NCBI RefSeq assembly: GCF_006345805.1 | Contig: NC_043011.1 | Location: forward strand, 26,424,464 to 26,488,463 | From: Octopus sinensis | Lineage: Eukaryota | Length of the DNA stretch: 64,000 nt | Direction of reading: 5' to 3' | Part shown: positions 62,689 through 64,000 of the stretch, in pieces | How positions within the stretch are numbered: position 1 is the first letter of the stretch | Layout of the letters: every line of letters begins with the position of its first letter | Made by a program: the position numbers and the translations under genes | Notes under the pieces: generated by a model | Seen by the model: only the letters and a program-made list of their open reading frames with translations | What the model was told of the DNA's origin: nothing | Database searches by the model: none

Positions 62689-62759
62689 AAATGGGTCAGT
62701 TTGGGCAAAAGAGCTACATTTTTTATCAATCTAGTTTTATATCTGACACTTCAAATTAG
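62689..62759 (+). CDS. Candidate terminal exon of the secreted protein (E-MGQFGQKSYIFYQSSFISDTSN-stop)
   Basis: Pyrimidine-rich acceptor ending gataccag; phase 1 matches the previous donor; similar G/Q/F/Y/S composition. Other downstream exons cannot be excluded. Confidence 0.35.
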
Positions 62760-62794
62760 GAGAATGGGTATAATTGTCATCATTGTTGTTGTTG

Positions 62795-63125
62795 CCTTCT
62801 TCTTCTTCTCACCTTCTTCTCACCTCCTTCTTCTTTTTCTTCTTCTTCTTCTTCTCACCATCTTCTTCTTCTTCTTCTTCTTCTTCTCTTCTTCTTCTTC
62901 TCACCTTCTTCTTCTTCTTCTTCTTCTTCTCCTCCTCTGTCTTCTTATTATTACTATTACTATCATCCTACTTCTCCTCCTTCTCCTCCTTGCTGCCTTC
63001 TTCTTCTTCTTCTTCTTCTTCTTCTTCTTCTTCTCCTCCTCCTCCTCCTCTGTCTTCTTATTATTACTATTACTATCATCCTACTTCTCCTCTTCCTCCT
63101 TCTCCTCCTTGCTGCCTTCTTCTTG
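62795..63125. repeat. (CTT)n/(CTC)n/(TTA)n compound microsatellite with internal duplication
   Basis: Direct inspection; ctcctcctctgtcttcttattattactattactatcatcctacttctcct occurs twice. Confidence 0.95.
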
Positions 63126-64000
63126 TTCTATTAAAATTCCTTTGACATATAGAATATCTTGGAGTATTAAACTGTAGAAGGAAAGGTAGAAATAAGGTTG
63201 TTCTTACCTTGAAATAAAACCAGAAATTAGTACCCAGCTTCACTTCACAAGGATCAGCAGAACTCACCGGTCATACCTACACATGTACGCAACCCAACCT
63301 CTAGCCAGAAACTACTCTCCCATCAAGATCTCTTCCACCTGTTTGTTCCCTTCGATGTCCTAATGAAGAAAGAGGCTGTTCAAATACCCTGCTTCTTGAC
63401 ATGATGTCACTTCCAGTCCTGACGTCACTCTTCCTCCTTTGCTTCCGGTCCTGACATCTCCCTTCACTTCTCCTCATAAACTAAACTGAGTACTTACCAG
63501 AAACTTTATTTTATGAACCAAGGAATGGTAAAAAGTCAAAATTGACCTTGGCAGGAATTGAACTCAGAACATAAAGGGCCATTATGAAATATCACAGGCA
63601 TTTTATCATTTAAAACTCTAACAATGTCGCCAATACATCCTTGTCACTTAATTCGATCTCAGAACTTGACCAAATAAACATAAATCGATGGACTAAGACA
63701 TAGTAATTGCACATACAATTCTATATTTCTGAGATGAGGAATTTTATATTATGTACACTGTTTACATAGTCAGACTGGTGTCATCATCATGATTTTTGTG
63801 TTCACTATCTTTCAGTTGTTGTACACACCAGCCTTCTTCAGGTATTTTGTGATTCACTTTAGTCCCTTGCTTGAGATTGAACTCAGAATCTTTAGGTGAT
63901 TGCTCTGCATTAACCAAATGCTCTTGTTCACTACACTATGTCCACAAGCAGTGGATAAGATGAGCTGAAGATAAGGATTGTGGTAGGATTCACCAACTTA

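Noticed and set aside
63810-63845. Minus-strand CTGAAGA-aggctg...caact-GAAA
   Set aside because: Stems II, III and I poorly paired.

Overview
AT-rich eukaryotic genomic DNA, very repeat- and microsatellite-rich. The repeat families suggest an octopus or other coleoid cephalopod (inference, not verified). Two spliced genes were rebuilt by hand with canonical GT-AG introns and consistent phases. The first is mitochondrial ATP synthase subunit b (ATP5PB/ATP5F1; minus strand, 8 coding exons, 24674 to 7820, 266 aa). The second is the Sm-like protein LSm7 (plus strand, 4 exons, 33657-43325, 139 aa, with an unusual 34-aa Q/P-rich N-terminus). They lie head-to-head about 9 kb apart. A third, unrecognised gene near 60.8 kb has an exon encoding a signal peptide followed by a Cys-free Tyr/Phe/Trp/Gly-rich region. 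The most striking non-genic signal is a set of hammerhead-ribozyme (HHR) folds in short elements bounded by (AT)n microsatellites. Several are built as long fold-back palindromes: three cluster at 31.3-33.2 kb just upstream of LSm7. A Penelope-like GIY-YIG retroelement at 4.8-6.3 kb has the same layout. The rest is tRNA-headed SINEs, RTE-type tails, mariner/Tigger, hAT-, piggyBac- and Merlin-like MITEs, non-autonomous Helitrons and decayed R4/Dong-type LINE pieces. I found no rRNA, true tRNA gene or CRISPR array. All coordinates and counts were made by hand; no database search was run.
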